64,000 bases of DNA, taken from Desulfobacterales bacterium. Its GTDB lineage: Bacteria > Desulfobacterota > Desulfobacteria > Desulfobacterales > UBA5852. Location: positions 2,688,001 to 2,752,000 of the forward strand of contig CAXXVS010000003.1 in the NCBI GenBank assembly GCA_963674755.2, read 5' to 3'. The position numbers and the translations under genes were made by a program. Positions within the stretch are counted from its first letter, which is position 1. The number at the start of each line of letters is the position of its first letter. The notes under the pieces are model-generated. The model was given only the letters and a program-made list of their open reading frames with translations. It searched no databases and was not told the origin of the DNA. Of the stretch, positions 10,212 through 20,177 are shown one piece after another.

Positions 10212-10449
10212 GATGCGACCTCTTTGGTTGGCGTCCATAGATAAAGGCTGAAAAATTGAGCATCGACTTAAATTTTAGAGGGAGTGTATCATCGATATTC
10301 GAAATATTTAGTAGTATAAAATTCGTTTGTCAATGAAAATACGGTTTAATTTGACGAATCATGACTATTTTGGCATAAAGAGGTGCATCGAATTGGAATC
10401 ACCTAAAACAGCAAAGCCCGGCGGCGATATCCGACAGGGGAGAAACGGC

Positions 10450-10935
10450 ATGAAGAAGCGAACGTCACCCCAACTAGAACGACCACTGGATTCAGTGGAC
10501 TGCGAGCTGATCCGGCTGCTGCAGCAGGACGGCCGTATTCCCAATACGGTCCTGGCCAAGAAAATCGGGATATCGGAAGCCACCGTGCGCACGCGCTTGA
10601 ACCGCCTGATCCAGGATGAGGTCATTCAGATCGTGGCCGTCAGCAATCCCATGAAGCTGGGCTTTACCATCGTCGGGATCATCCGGATTCACGTGGATAT
10701 CCACAAGATCGACCACATTACCCGGGAATTGAAGAAGCTCGACGCCCTCTGGTTCATTGTCCACACCACCGGCGGTACCGGGATCGACGCCGAGTTCGTG
10801 GTCAAGGACATCCAGGAACTCAACGCCCTCATTTTCGAAAAGATCAACCGCATCGACGGCGTCACCCAGACCGAAACCTCGCTGATTCTCAAATATGTTA
10901 AGCGGAATTATGACTGGGGAACGGCCCTCGACTAG
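10450..10935 (+). CDS. Lrp/AsnC family regulator divergent from mmsA
   Basis: LDSVDCELIRLLQQDGR..N..LAKKIGISEATVRTRL HTH; paralog of 19647-20177. Confidence 0.9.
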   Translation: MKKRTSPQLERPLDSVDCELIRLLQQDGRIPNTVLAKKIGISEATVRTRLNRLIQDEVIQIVAVSNPMKLGFTIVGIIRIHVDIHKIDHITRELKKLDALWFIVHTTGGTGIDAEFVVKDIQELNALIFEKINRIDGVTQTETSLILKYVKRNYDWGTALD

Positions 10936-11078
10936 AAGTCTTCTCGAAGCGGTCTTTTAGCTCCCTATCCGCGTTGTAGAGGCGATTCAAATCCTCGAAA
11001 TACCGATGTATTCCTCCGGGTTAAATCGCCTCTACGCCTTGATATGAAGCTAAAATCATCGTTTCGAGAAGACTTCTG
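10933..11078 (+). repeat. 146-bp palindromic structured element, copy 2
   Basis: AGAAGTCTTCTCGAA / TTCGAGAAGACTTCT terminal IR; begins at the TAG stop of the Lrp gene. Confidence 0.85.
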
Positions 11079-11277
11079 CCACATGCGCATCAGAATCATT
11101 GCCGTGCTTTTTGCCCTATCCCTGCTATGCTGCACTTCTGCGCACTGGTTGATTCGGTCGTAAAAAGTCAACCTTTAGCGAAACCGTCACTTGCACTCCG
11201 GGGCATTCCACGCTAAAGAGAGCCGCCAGATCATCATGAACCGATAAGGCGCGAGCGCCATAACCACTGGAGTTTTT

Positions 11278-12747
11278 ATGACTGCACCGACCAATGAATT
11301 CGACATCCGCAAGCAGAAGCTGCAGGCGATTGCCGACGCGGGTGAAATCCCTTACAAGGACCGCTATGCCGTAACCCATGATTTGAACGAGGTCGTGCGA
11401 CTGGAAGACGGCACCGAGGGCGTGGCCGTGGCCGGCCGCATCGTCGGCCTGCGCAAGATGGGCAAGATGACCTTCGGGCACATCGGCGATATCGACGGCC
11501 GCGTTCAGTTCCTGATGAAGAAGGATTTTATCGAGGACAGCTACCAGCGCTTCAAAGAGATGGTCGATATGGGCGACTACATCGGCCTGCGCGGGGAGAT
11601 GTTTACGACCCGGACCCAGGAGAAGACCATCGTGGTGCGGGAGTGGACCCTGCTGGCCAAGGCCCTGCGGCCCCTGCCGGAGAAATTCCACGGCATCACC
11701 GACAAGGAGCAGAAATACCGCAAACGCTACCTGGACCTGATTTCCTCCCGGGAATCGGTGGCGCGTTTCAAGGTGCGCAACACCTTCATCAACAGCCTGC
11801 GTGCCTATCTCAACCGGAACAAGTTCGTGGAAATCGACACCCCTGTCCTGATCAACAAGGCCAGCGGCGCTCTGGCCAAGCCCTTCAAGACCTACTACAA
11901 CGCCCTGGACATCGACGTCTACATGCGCATCGCCCCGGAGACCTATCTCAAGCGCGCCATCGCCGGCGGCTACAACCGGGTGTATGAATTCGCGCGCTGC
12001 TTCCGCAACGAGGGGATTGACCCCTCCCATCTGCCCGACTTCACCATGCTGGAATACTATGCCGCCTACTGGAACTACCAGGACAACATGGCCTTTACCG
12101 AAGCCCTGATCAAGGCCGTGGTCAAGGAAACCATCGGCGGTTTGCAGTTCAGCTACCAGGATACGGCCATCGATCTGGATGGCGTCTGGGAGCGGAAATC
12201 CTTTCGGGAGCTGATCCTGCAGGACAGCGGCATCGATCTCGTGCCGTGCCGCGACAAGGCCTCCCTCGTGGCGGCCATCGAACAGAAGGGCATCGTGATC
12301 GAGCGTGATATCAAGGATCCCGGCATCGGCTACGGCACCCTGGTGGACCTGCTCTATAAAAAGGTCTCGCGGCCCAAACTGATCAATCCCACCTTCCTGA
12401 CGGAGCACCCCCTGGACATCTCCCCCCTGGCGCGCAAAAACGACGCCAATCCGGCCATCGTGGACCGCTTCCAGCTGGTGATCAACGGCTGGGAAATGGT
12501 CAATGCCTATTCCGAGCTCATCGACCCCATCGATCAGCTGGCGCGCTTCGAATCCCAGCTCAAGGCCCGCGAAAAAGGCGACCTGGAGGCCATGGAGACG
12601 GACGAGGATTTCGTGACCTGCATGGAATACGGCATGCCGCCCATGTCCGGCTGGGGCATGGGGATCGACCGCTTCGTGGCCCTGCTGACCGACACCGAGC
12701 ACTTGCGGGATGTGGTGCTGTTTCCGCTCCTGCGGCCCGATGTGTGA
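11278..12747 (+). CDS. lysS: Lysine--tRNA ligase (class II)
   Basis: OB-fold anticodon domain, RPLPEKFHG, RKRYLDLI, motif 2 FRNEG...FTMLEYY, motif 3 GMPP..G.GMGIDR. Confidence 0.93.
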   Translation: MTAPTNEFDIRKQKLQAIADAGEIPYKDRYAVTHDLNEVVRLEDGTEGVAVAGRIVGLRKMGKMTFGHIGDIDGRVQFLMKKDFIEDSYQRFKEMVDMGDYIGLRGEMFTTRTQEKTIVVREWTLLAKALRPLPEKFHGITDKEQKYRKRYLDLISSRESVARFKVRNTFINSLRAYLNRNKFVEIDTPVLINKASGALAKPFKTYYNALDIDVYMRIAPETYLKRAIAGGYNRVYEFARCFRNEGIDPSHLPDFTMLEYYAAYWNYQDNMAFTEALIKAVVKETIGGLQFSYQDTAIDLDGVWERKSFRELILQDSGIDLVPCRDKASLVAAIEQKGIVIERDIKDPGIGYGTLVDLLYKKVSRPKLINPTFLTEHPLDISPLARKNDANPAIVDRFQLVINGWEMVNAYSELIDPIDQLARFESQLKAREKGDLEAMETDEDFVTCMEYGMPPMSGWGMGIDRFVALLTDTEHLRDVVLFPLLRPDV

Positions 12748-12774
12748 TAGCGGGGCGTTATACAAAAGACCCTC

Positions 12775-12807
12775 CCGGGCCTGTCGGAACGATCCCGGCA
12801 GGCCCGG
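12775..12807 (+). terminator. GC-rich stem-loop after lysS
   Basis: CCGGGCCTGTCGG / CCGGCAGGCCCGG; weak U tract. Confidence 0.5.
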
Positions 12808-12990
12808 CTTGCGTTGGGGGGGGGAGCGGCGCAAGCCGTGTCGACCTTCAGGCTGTGCCAAAGAAGGACGGGGCCCATGCTATCCTGCCCGGCATCGCCC
12901 GGATCTTCATCCTCCCGACATGTCGATCTGCACAGCGCGGCCACATCGTTCCCTGCCTTTTGGCCCTTTTGGGTAAGAGATTGTTTCAAT

Positions 12991-13019
12991 GCTAACACTA
13001 TGCTAACAATTCGCTAACA
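12991..13019 (+). promoter_or_regulatory. Pho-box-like direct repeats
   Basis: GCTAACA at 12991, 13002 and 13013 (11-bp period), about 110 bp upstream of a phosphate transporter. Confidence 0.65.
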
Positions 13020-13128
13020 TAATCGGCAAACGTGAATTTTGGGGTGGGTCCCGGGGCCTGCCCCGTTTTGTGTGGACCGGCAGACGGGTGGCCGGTCCGT
13101 GGCAATCTTTCGAAACCCTGAGGTCTGA

Positions 13129-15384
13129 ATGGAACTCTATGGCTTTGCCGTCGCGCTGCTGTTCGCCATCGCGATCGCCGATCTGGTCGTGGGTGTCAGC
13201 AACGACGCGGTCAATTTTTTGAACTCGTCCGTGGGCTCCCGCGTGGCGCCCCGCTATGTCATCATGATCGTGGCCAGCCTGGGCATCCTGGCGGGGGTGA
13301 CCTTTTCCAGCGGCATGATGGAGGTGGCCCGCAAGGGCATTTTCCATCCCCAATTTTTCCTCATGCCGGAGTTGATCACCATCTTTCTGGCCGTCATGAT
13401 CACCGATATCCTGCTGCTCGATCTGTTCAATACCTTCGGGCTGCCCACCTCCACCACAGTGTCCATCGTGTTCGAACTCCTGGGGGCGGCCATCGCGGTA
13501 TCCCTGGTCAAAATCTTTCAGAGCGGCCAGAGCATCATGGATCTGGCCGACTACATCAACACCAGCAAGGCTTTGGCCATTATTGCGGGCATCCTGCTGT
13601 CCGTGGGCATCGCCTTTGTGTGCGGCGCCGTGGCCCAGTTCGCCACGCGGCTGCTGTTCACCTTCGACTATGAAACACGGCTGCGGCGCTACGGCGGACT
13701 GTGGGGCGGCCTGGCGCTTTCCATGATCACCTATTTCATCCTGATCAAGGGCGCCAAGGGGGCTTCCTTCATGACCCCTGCCATGGTGGACTGGATGAAG
13801 ACCCACACCTGGACCATCATCGGTGGCGGTTTTGCCGGTTTTACCATCCTGTTTCAACTGCTGATGGTCACGACCCGCGTCAACATCCTCAAGCCCATCG
13901 TCCTGGCCGGCACCTTTGCTCTGGCCATGGCGTTCGCCGCCAACGACCTGGTGAATTTCATCGGCGTGCCTCTGGCCAGTTTCCATGCCTTTGCCCTGGC
14001 CAAGACCAGTGCGGCACCCCTGACCATGTCCATGGGCGCTTTGCAAAAGGCCGTGCATACCAACACCCTTTTCCTTTTGGCCGCCGGGGCCATCATGGTG
14101 GCCACCCTGTGGCTGTCCCGCAAGGCGCGCACCGTCACCCGGACCGAAGTCAATCTGGGCCGTCAGGAAGAGGGGCTGGAGCGTTTCGATTCCTCCCAGC
14201 TCTCCCGGGTCATCGTGCGCATGGTAACGGGCGTATTCGACGCCACCCGCAACCTGTTTCCCCAGGCTCTGCGGCGCACCATCCGGCGCCGCCTGGATAC
14301 CAGCGACTACCAGACACCGCCTGGATACGATGGCGCCATACCGGAGTTCGATCTGCTGCGGGCCAGTGTCAACCTGATGGTGGCCAGCGCCCTGGTGTCC
14401 TGGGCCACCAGCATGAAGCTGCCCCTGTCCACGACCTATGTCACCTTCATGGTGGCCATGGGCACCTCCCTGTCCGACCAGGCCTGGGGACTCGACAGCG
14501 CGGTCTACCGGGTCACCGGCGTGCTGACGGTGATCGGGGGCTGGTTTTTCACGGCCTTCATGGCCTTTACGGTGTCACTGGTCTTTGCCTTTGCGATCGC
14601 CTATCTCGGGGCAGGGGCCATTTTCCTGCTGCTGGTGATCGTGGGCCTGCTCATCCTGCGCAACTTCAAAATCCACAGCCGGCGGGAGAAAGCCGCCCGG
14701 GATCTGGAGGTGCTGGACCTCAAGCGGGTGACCGATGCCGATTTTGCCATCCAGACCTGCTTCGAACACAGCGGCCGCCTGTTGTCCGTGGTGCGGGACA
14801 AGCTCGACCTGGGCTTTGAAGGCATTCTGACCGAAGACCGCAAACCGCTCAAACGACTGCGGCGGGAGACGAGCAAAATCCAGGTCGCCACCAATATCAT
14901 CGCAGCGAACATCTTCAAGACCCTGCGGCTCCTGCAATACGAGGATGTGGCCCAGGCCGGCAAATACAGCTATGTGATATCCGCCCTGCAGGAAATCGCC
15001 GAAAGCTTGCGGGACGTCATCATGCGCTGCCACGTACACACCTCCAACAAGCACTCGGGGTTGCTGCCGGAGCAAAAGAAAGAGCTGCAAAAGGTTCGCA
15101 AATGCGTGGAAGGACTCCTGGACGATACGGCCCGCATCCTCCTCAGCCACGAACCCTTCAAATACCGTGAGGTGGCGGCCCACTACGTCAAGCTGAAAGG
15201 TCTGCTGGAGGAGTACGACGACCATCAGATCAAACGCATCCGATCCGGGGAATCCAAGACCCGTCTGAGTATCCTCTTCTACGGCATCAACAATGCCTGC
15301 CTTAAAATCAGTGAACAAAGCCTGCAGCTGCTGACGATTTTTGACGAGACATTTCATCTGGAAGAAAAATCCACAAAGAATTGA
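13129..15384 (+). CDS. PiT family inorganic phosphate transporter with C-terminal PhoU-like helical domain
   Basis: GVSNDAVN, GLPTSTT, FAANDLVN, LPLSTT signature repeats; soluble helical C-terminus. Confidence 0.9.
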   Translation: MELYGFAVALLFAIAIADLVVGVSNDAVNFLNSSVGSRVAPRYVIMIVASLGILAGVTFSSGMMEVARKGIFHPQFFLMPELITIFLAVMITDILLLDLFNTFGLPTSTTVSIVFELLGAAIAVSLVKIFQSGQSIMDLADYINTSKALAIIAGILLSVGIAFVCGAVAQFATRLLFTFDYETRLRRYGGLWGGLALSMITYFILIKGAKGASFMTPAMVDWMKTHTWTIIGGGFAGFTILFQLLMVTTRVNILKPIVLAGTFALAMAFAANDLVNFIGVPLASFHAFALAKTSAAPLTMSMGALQKAVHTNTLFLLAAGAIMVATLWLSRKARTVTRTEVNLGRQEEGLERFDSSQLSRVIVRMVTGVFDATRNLFPQALRRTIRRRLDTSDYQTPPGYDGAIPEFDLLRASVNLMVASALVSWATSMKLPLSTTYVTFMVAMGTSLSDQAWGLDSAVYRVTGVLTVIGGWFFTAFMAFTVSLVFAFAIAYLGAGAIFLLLVIVGLLILRNFKIHSRREKAARDLEVLDLKRVTDADFAIQTCFEHSGRLLSVVRDKLDLGFEGILTEDRKPLKRLRRETSKIQVATNIIAANIFKTLRLLQYEDVAQAGKYSYVISALQEIAESLRDVIMRCHVHTSNKHSGLLPEQKKELQKVRKCVEGLLDDTARILLSHEPFKYREVAAHYVKLKGLLEEYDDHQIKRIRSGESKTRLSILFYGINNACLKISEQSLQLLTIFDETFHLEEKSTKN

Positions 15385-15387
15385 GCC

Positions 15388-16551
15388 ATGCGAACCGAAC
15401 ACAACATTTATTTTTCCGATGCCCGCCAGATGCCGGTGATTGAGGACGCGTGTGTGGATCTCGTGGTGACCTCGCCCCCGTATCCCATGATCCAGATGTG
15501 GGACGAGCTGTTCAGCGGGCTGGACGGGCGTATCGGCGAGGCCCTGGCCGGTTGCCGTTCCCCGGAGGCCTTCGAGGGCATGCACCTTTTGCTGGATGCG
15601 GTCTGGCAGGAGTGTTACCGTGTTTTGAGGCCGGGCGGGCTGGCCTGCATCAACATCGGGGATGCTACCCGGACCGTCGACGGGGAATTTGCCCTCTACC
15701 CCAACCATGCCCGCATCCTGCAGGCGCTTGGCCGCATCGGGTTTACCGCCCTGCCGGATATCCTGTGGCGCAAGCCCAGCAATGCCCCCAACAAGTTCAT
15801 GGGCTCGGGCATGCTGCCGGCCGGGGCCTATGTGACCCTGGAGCATGAGTACATCCTGATCGCCCGCAAGGGCGGCAAGCGCATTTTTGCGTCGGCGGAC
15901 GAAAAACAGAACCGGCGGGCCAGCGCCCTGTTCTGGGAGGAGCGCAACAGCTTCTTTTCGGATGTCTGGATGGATCTCCGGGGCGCCTCGCAGGTGTTGA
16001 AGGCCAGCGAGGCCCGGCAGCGCAGCGCGGCCTTTCCCTTTGTGGTGGCCTACCGGCTGGTGAACATGTTTTCGGTGCAGGGGGACGTGGTGCTCGATCC
16101 CTTCTGGGGGACCGGCACCACCACGGCGGCCGCCGTGGCCTCGGGCCGCAACAGCATCGGCCTGGAAATCGATGCCGGCCTGAAGAACAGTCTGGATCAG
16201 ATCGCCAACGGCATGCCGGAGCGCTTGAACGGGCACATCGAAAACCGGCTGGCCCAGCATATCGGATTCGTGGAAGAGCGTATGGCGGCCGGCAAACCCA
16301 TTAAACACCGCAACCGGCCCTATGGATTCCCGGTGGTGACGGCCCAGGAGAAGGAGCTGCTGCTCCCCGGGGTGTCCGACATCCAGCGCCCGTCGACCGC
16401 CTGCCTGACGGTGGACTACAATACCAGCCCCCAGGCGGCGTTCTGCCGCGACTGGGAAGCGCTGCTGAGGGACGGCAACCCGGAACCGGTTGCAGCGCCG
16501 GGGGCCCGGAAACCCCGGGGCACGGCCAGCGGCCAGCGTAACCTTTTCTAA
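15388..16551 (+). CDS. Orphan site-specific DNA methyltransferase (beta class, SPPY, likely N4-cytosine)
   Basis: VDLVVTSPPY precedes VLDPFWGTGTT; no restriction endonuclease adjacent. Confidence 0.88.
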   Translation: MRTEHNIYFSDARQMPVIEDACVDLVVTSPPYPMIQMWDELFSGLDGRIGEALAGCRSPEAFEGMHLLLDAVWQECYRVLRPGGLACINIGDATRTVDGEFALYPNHARILQALGRIGFTALPDILWRKPSNAPNKFMGSGMLPAGAYVTLEHEYILIARKGGKRIFASADEKQNRRASALFWEERNSFFSDVWMDLRGASQVLKASEARQRSAAFPFVVAYRLVNMFSVQGDVVLDPFWGTGTTTAAAVASGRNSIGLEIDAGLKNSLDQIANGMPERLNGHIENRLAQHIGFVEERMAAGKPIKHRNRPYGFPVVTAQEKELLLPGVSDIQRPSTACLTVDYNTSPQAAFCRDWEALLRDGNPEPVAAPGARKPRGTASGQRNLF

Positions 16552-16601
16552 TAGCGGTTATCTGAAATGCTCAAGTTGGTTAATATCATGAAAAAAGAAC
16601 C

Positions 16602-16673
16602 ACCACGAAGATCACGAAGAACACGAAGGAATTCATCTTTTTCCCGTGAGGTTTGCTTCATGTCCTTCGTGGT
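16602..16673. repeat. REP-like element with CACGAAG units
   Basis: CACGAAG at 16604, 16613 and 16622 (9-bp period) with inverted CTTCATG..CTTCGTGGT; same unit at 39061-39088. Confidence 0.65.
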
Positions 16674-16746
16674 AAATTCCTGTTGACGGGAGCCTTCCAA
16701 AGAACCGTATTTCTTATTCACCAGCACGATCAAGGAGAAGCCATCC

Positions 16747-17406
16747 ATGACCGCCCTGCCGACCACCACCATCCTGGCGATTCGCCACGGTGAAACCCGC
16801 TGGAATGCGCAAGAACGCTTCCAGGGACATGAAGACAGCCCCTTGACGGCCAACGGGCGGCGCCAGGTCACGGCCCTGGGGCCGCGGCTGCAGCAGATGT
16901 CCTTCGAGCGCCTGATCAGCAGCGATCTCGGCCGGGCCCGGGAAACCGCGGCGATCATCGCCGGTTTCACCGGGCATACGGTGGAGACGGAGCCGCGCCT
17001 GCGGGAGCGCAATTACGGCGTTCTGGAGGGCCTTACCATACCGGAAATCAAGGCCGCCCATGCCGACGTGCTGGCCCGCTTCCATACCGACGATCCGGCC
17101 TATGTGATCCCCGGCGGCGAGAGCCACCAGATGCATTATGATCGCAATATCGACTGGCTGGAGACGCACCTGGCGGCCCATCCCGGATCCACGGTGGCCA
17201 TCGTGGTGCATGGCGGCGTGCTGGACAGCCTCTTCCGCTATGTCTCCCAGCGGCCGCTCGCTCAGCCCCGCTGTTACGTGACCACCAATGCCAGCCTGAG
17301 CATTTTCAACCATGGCCTGTTCTACGGCACCCCGCGCTGGGTCATCCAGTCCTGGGGGGATGCGGGCCATCTGGCCGATATCGGGTATCTTCCCGGATTG
17401 GGCTGA
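16747..17406 (+). CDS. Histidine phosphatase family protein (GpmB/CobC-like)
   Basis: IRHGET.WN, SSDL.RA.ETA, LRERNYG..EG, PGGES, VHGG. Confidence 0.9.
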   Translation: MTALPTTTILAIRHGETRWNAQERFQGHEDSPLTANGRRQVTALGPRLQQMSFERLISSDLGRARETAAIIAGFTGHTVETEPRLRERNYGVLEGLTIPEIKAAHADVLARFHTDDPAYVIPGGESHQMHYDRNIDWLETHLAAHPGSTVAIVVHGGVLDSLFRYVSQRPLAQPRCYVTTNASLSIFNHGLFYGTPRWVIQSWGDAGHLADIGYLPGLG

Positions 17407-17528
17407 GTGAGGATTTCCTGGCGTTCGGCGTTCATCCGGGAATAGGTCAAATTCCGTTTTTCGTGCAACGCCAGTATTGAGCAAAGCGGCTTTTTTTAAG
17501 ATAGACGCGAACAGTGGAGGAGATCGCT

Positions 17529-17783
17529 ATGGGATTCATTACATGGATCATTCTGGGGCTGATCGTGGGTGTCCTGGCCAAATGGATCATGCCGGGCAAA
17601 GACCCCGGGGGATTCCTGGTGACCATCGGCCTGGGCATCGCAGGCGCTTTTGTGGGGGGCTTTATCGGCGCCAAGCTGGGCATCGGTGCCGTGACCGGCT
17701 TCAATATCGGCAGCATTCTGATTGCCACCGGCGGCGCTATCCTGCTGCTGGCGATTTATCGGGCAATGAAAAAGAAGAAATGA
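17529..17783 (+). CDS. GlsB/YeaQ/YmgE family small membrane protein
   Basis: WIILGLIVG.LAK.IMPG....G...TI.LGI.GA.VGG. Confidence 0.9.
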   Translation: MGFITWIILGLIVGVLAKWIMPGKDPGGFLVTIGLGIAGAFVGGFIGAKLGIGAVTGFNIGSILIATGGAILLLAIYRAMKKKK

Positions 17784-17843
17784 TGCGACAGGGAATGACG
17801 CTCCTGGAGGGCGCCATTCCCTGACGGGATTGCTTAACGGGCG

Positions 17844-19097
17844 CTATACGCGGCTGCTGGCTTCCGCTGCCGCATAGACGGTTTTCTGTTCCAGGGTTTC
17901 CTCGATGGAGACTCCCAGCTCCGCCAGATTCGTGAAGCAGTACTCCCGGGCTTCGTCGTCCAGCTGCTCCGGCACGAAGAGGCCCCGTTCGGTGAAAGCA
18001 TTGTCCACCATCATCTTCACGAAAACCGAGGCACACTGGCCGGTCAGATAGGCCTCGTGGCTCAGGCCCGAGGTTTCGAAGGCCTCCACCAGGCCGGGGC
18101 CGGTGACATAGCTTTCGATCTTGACGGGGTTGTCGTCCTTGATGCCTTCCACCCGCACCAGAAAGGCGCCTTCCTCCCGGACCACGCCGTCGGTGATGAT
18201 GGCCTTGATCTCTTCCGGGTATTTGGGGGCCGGCGGGCACAGGGTAAGGATCAGTTCCATGGGGACGACTTCGACGTCGCCCACCTTGACCGGCTGGCTG
18301 GAGAGCAACCCCATCCGGTAGAGCAGCTCGGAAAGCTTTACGCCATAGCCGCCATATTTGAATTCCACGTTTTTGACACCTTTGAGCACGCTATTGGCCA
18401 GCAGGCCCATGGTGACGGGCTCGTCGTGCTCGTGATCCACCAGGCGCACCTTGCGATCGATACCCTTGAGCTTCATGCTCACCGGGCGGCTGAAGGGTTT
18501 GTCGATGACGTGCTGGCCCTTTTCAAAGCGGAAGGTCTTGTAGGCCATGTCCCAGAAGGCCACTTCGGGGGACCACCAGAAGGGGGTGAAGCGCTTGGTC
18601 ATGACGTTTTCATAGACGCAGATGCTGATGGTCTCGCAGCTGTCCATCTTTTCGACGGATTCCCGGGCGATGATGTTGGCCAGGCCGGGGGAGGAGCCGC
18701 CGCCCACCAGGGCGGTCAGCCCCTTGGCCTTGAATTTGTCGTGCCACTCCGCAAAGAGCATCTGGTAGCTCTCGATGAAGCCCATATCCTCCATGGGACC
18801 GGCCATGTCGAAATAGGAGGCCTCGACAGCCAGTGCGGCTTCCATGACCGTCAGGTTGTACTCCAGGGGCAGACCGTTGACGATCAGGTCGCAGCCCCGG
18901 GCGGCTTCGATGACGTTGGCCACCTCGCTGGCGTCGAGTTGCAGGGGGGTGGCCTTTTTCAGGGAGCTGCTGAGCTCCTCGGCGGCTTTGCGATCGTAGT
19001 CCGCGCAGATGATTTCACTGATTTGCGGATGGCTGTCCATCCGTTTGGCGACCGTGCTTCCCTGGGCACCGACGCCGATGATGATGATCTTCTTCAT
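17844..19097 (-). CDS. Saccharopine dehydrogenase-fold protein (carboxynorspermidine dehydrogenase-like)
   Basis: IIIGVGAQG Rossmann motif, YFDMA, G..PG..N, WWSPE, HDEP; RBS GAGG before ATG 19097. Confidence 0.8.
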   Translation of the reverse strand: MKKIIIIGVGAQGSTVAKRMDSHPQISEIICADYDRKAAEELSSSLKKATPLQLDASEVANVIEAARGCDLIVNGLPLEYNLTVMEAALAVEASYFDMAGPMEDMGFIESYQMLFAEWHDKFKAKGLTALVGGGSSPGLANIIARESVEKMDSCETISICVYENVMTKRFTPFWWSPEVAFWDMAYKTFRFEKGQHVIDKPFSRPVSMKLKGIDRKVRLVDHEHDEPVTMGLLANSVLKGVKNVEFKYGGYGVKLSELLYRMGLLSSQPVKVGDVEVVPMELILTLCPPAPKYPEEIKAIITDGVVREEGAFLVRVEGIKDDNPVKIESYVTGPGLVEAFETSGLSHEAYLTGQCASVFVKMMVDNAFTERGLFVPEQLDDEAREYCFTNLAELGVSIEETLEQKTVYAAAEASSRV

Positions 19098-19381
19098 AAA
19101 ATCCTCTCTCTGTGAGGTTGATGATAACGCCTGGCAGCCAGGCGTTGCGTGGGCGGCGTTCCTGTCCGACGGTGCGGAAGGGGATGGTTTGGGGTGTGCC
19201 CACGGGTCTTTCAGGGTGATCAGGTCCCCTCCGATGAGACCGGCCTGCTTATGCTGATGATAACGATAAGACGCGTTGAAAATTTTTACAACAATTATTT
19301 TGCAAATTTTAACGGAATTAGATAAAAACATTAATCAATTTGGCGGAAAACGCCTTTAGAATGTTAATACGGTACGCATTT

Positions 19382-19627
19382 GTGTCTGTCCGGAAATAAT
19401 CGATTTTGGTTTCGGCCAAGGCCGCAGTGATTTGTCCAGCGCTGCTGGACTTCCCGTTTGATCCAACCCCGCTGGGGGTGGAAACCGGAGGCGTAGCTGG
19501 GCTACGGCGAGGATTTCCAAAGCGCGAGAACGCCGGCTTGCCCGCCAAAGCTGGCTTGATCCCCATTCGGGGACTCGGCCCACCGGCGGCGGGCCGGAGC
19601 CAAAAGATGCCATTTATGGATGGACAC
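19382..19627 (-). repeat. Longer relative (about 246 bp) of the 146-bp element family
   Basis: Core CCGGAGGCGTAG-CTGG-GCTACGGCGAGGATTT matches the reverse-complement core of the family; outer stems TTTTGGTTTCGGCC/GGCCGGAGCCAAAA and GTGTCTGTCC..AAAT/ATTT..GGATGGACAC. Confidence 0.65.
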
Positions 19628-19646
19628 GCATTAAGGAGGGGATGGA

Positions 19647-20177
19647 ATGAAATCCAGCACATCCGGCGTGGAAAAACTCGACAAGACCGACCGGCGCATG
19701 GTGGCGCTGCTGCAGAAGGACGGGCGTATGCCCATCGTCAATCTGGCCAAGGAGCTGGGCATTGCCGAGACCACCGCCCGCACCCGCTTGAAGCGCCTGA
19801 TCAATGAGGAGGTCATCAAGGTGGTGGCTGTGAGCAACCCCATCAAACTGGGCTTCGAGATCATCGGCAACATCAAACTCGACATCAATTTGAAGCAGAA
19901 GGATGCCGTCATCGCGGAGCTCAAGCAGATCGACGCCCTTAACTACCTGGCGCTCACCACCGGCGGCAACGACCTCGACCTGGAATTCATCGTGGGCTCG
20001 CTGGATGAATTCAAGGCGCTGATCTTCGAGAAGATCAGCCAGATCGACGGCATCAATTCAGTGGAGACCTCTCTTATCGTGGAGATTATCAAGGACACCT
20101 GGGACTATGGCACGGCCTGGGATCCGCCTTCGCCGGAGGCTTCGGCGGACAAGTCCGCCGGGTGCCGAAGGTCCTGA
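19647..20177 (+). CDS. Lrp/AsnC family regulator; C-terminus extended by repeat DNA
   Basis: HTH LDKTDRRMV.LLQ.DGR; shares VAVSNP.KLGF, TTGG, LIFEKI..IDG, ETSLI with 10450-10935. Confidence 0.9.
   Translation: MKSSTSGVEKLDKTDRRMVALLQKDGRMPIVNLAKELGIAETTARTRLKRLINEEVIKVVAVSNPIKLGFEIIGNIKLDINLKQKDAVIAELKQIDALNYLALTTGGNDLDLEFIVGSLDEFKALIFEKISQIDGINSVETSLIVEIIKDTWDYGTAWDPPSPEASADKSAGCRRS

Noticed and set aside
11080..11277. Lysine riboswitch or T-box upstream of lysS
   Set aside because: No consensus elements visible; only a plausible sigma-70-like promoter
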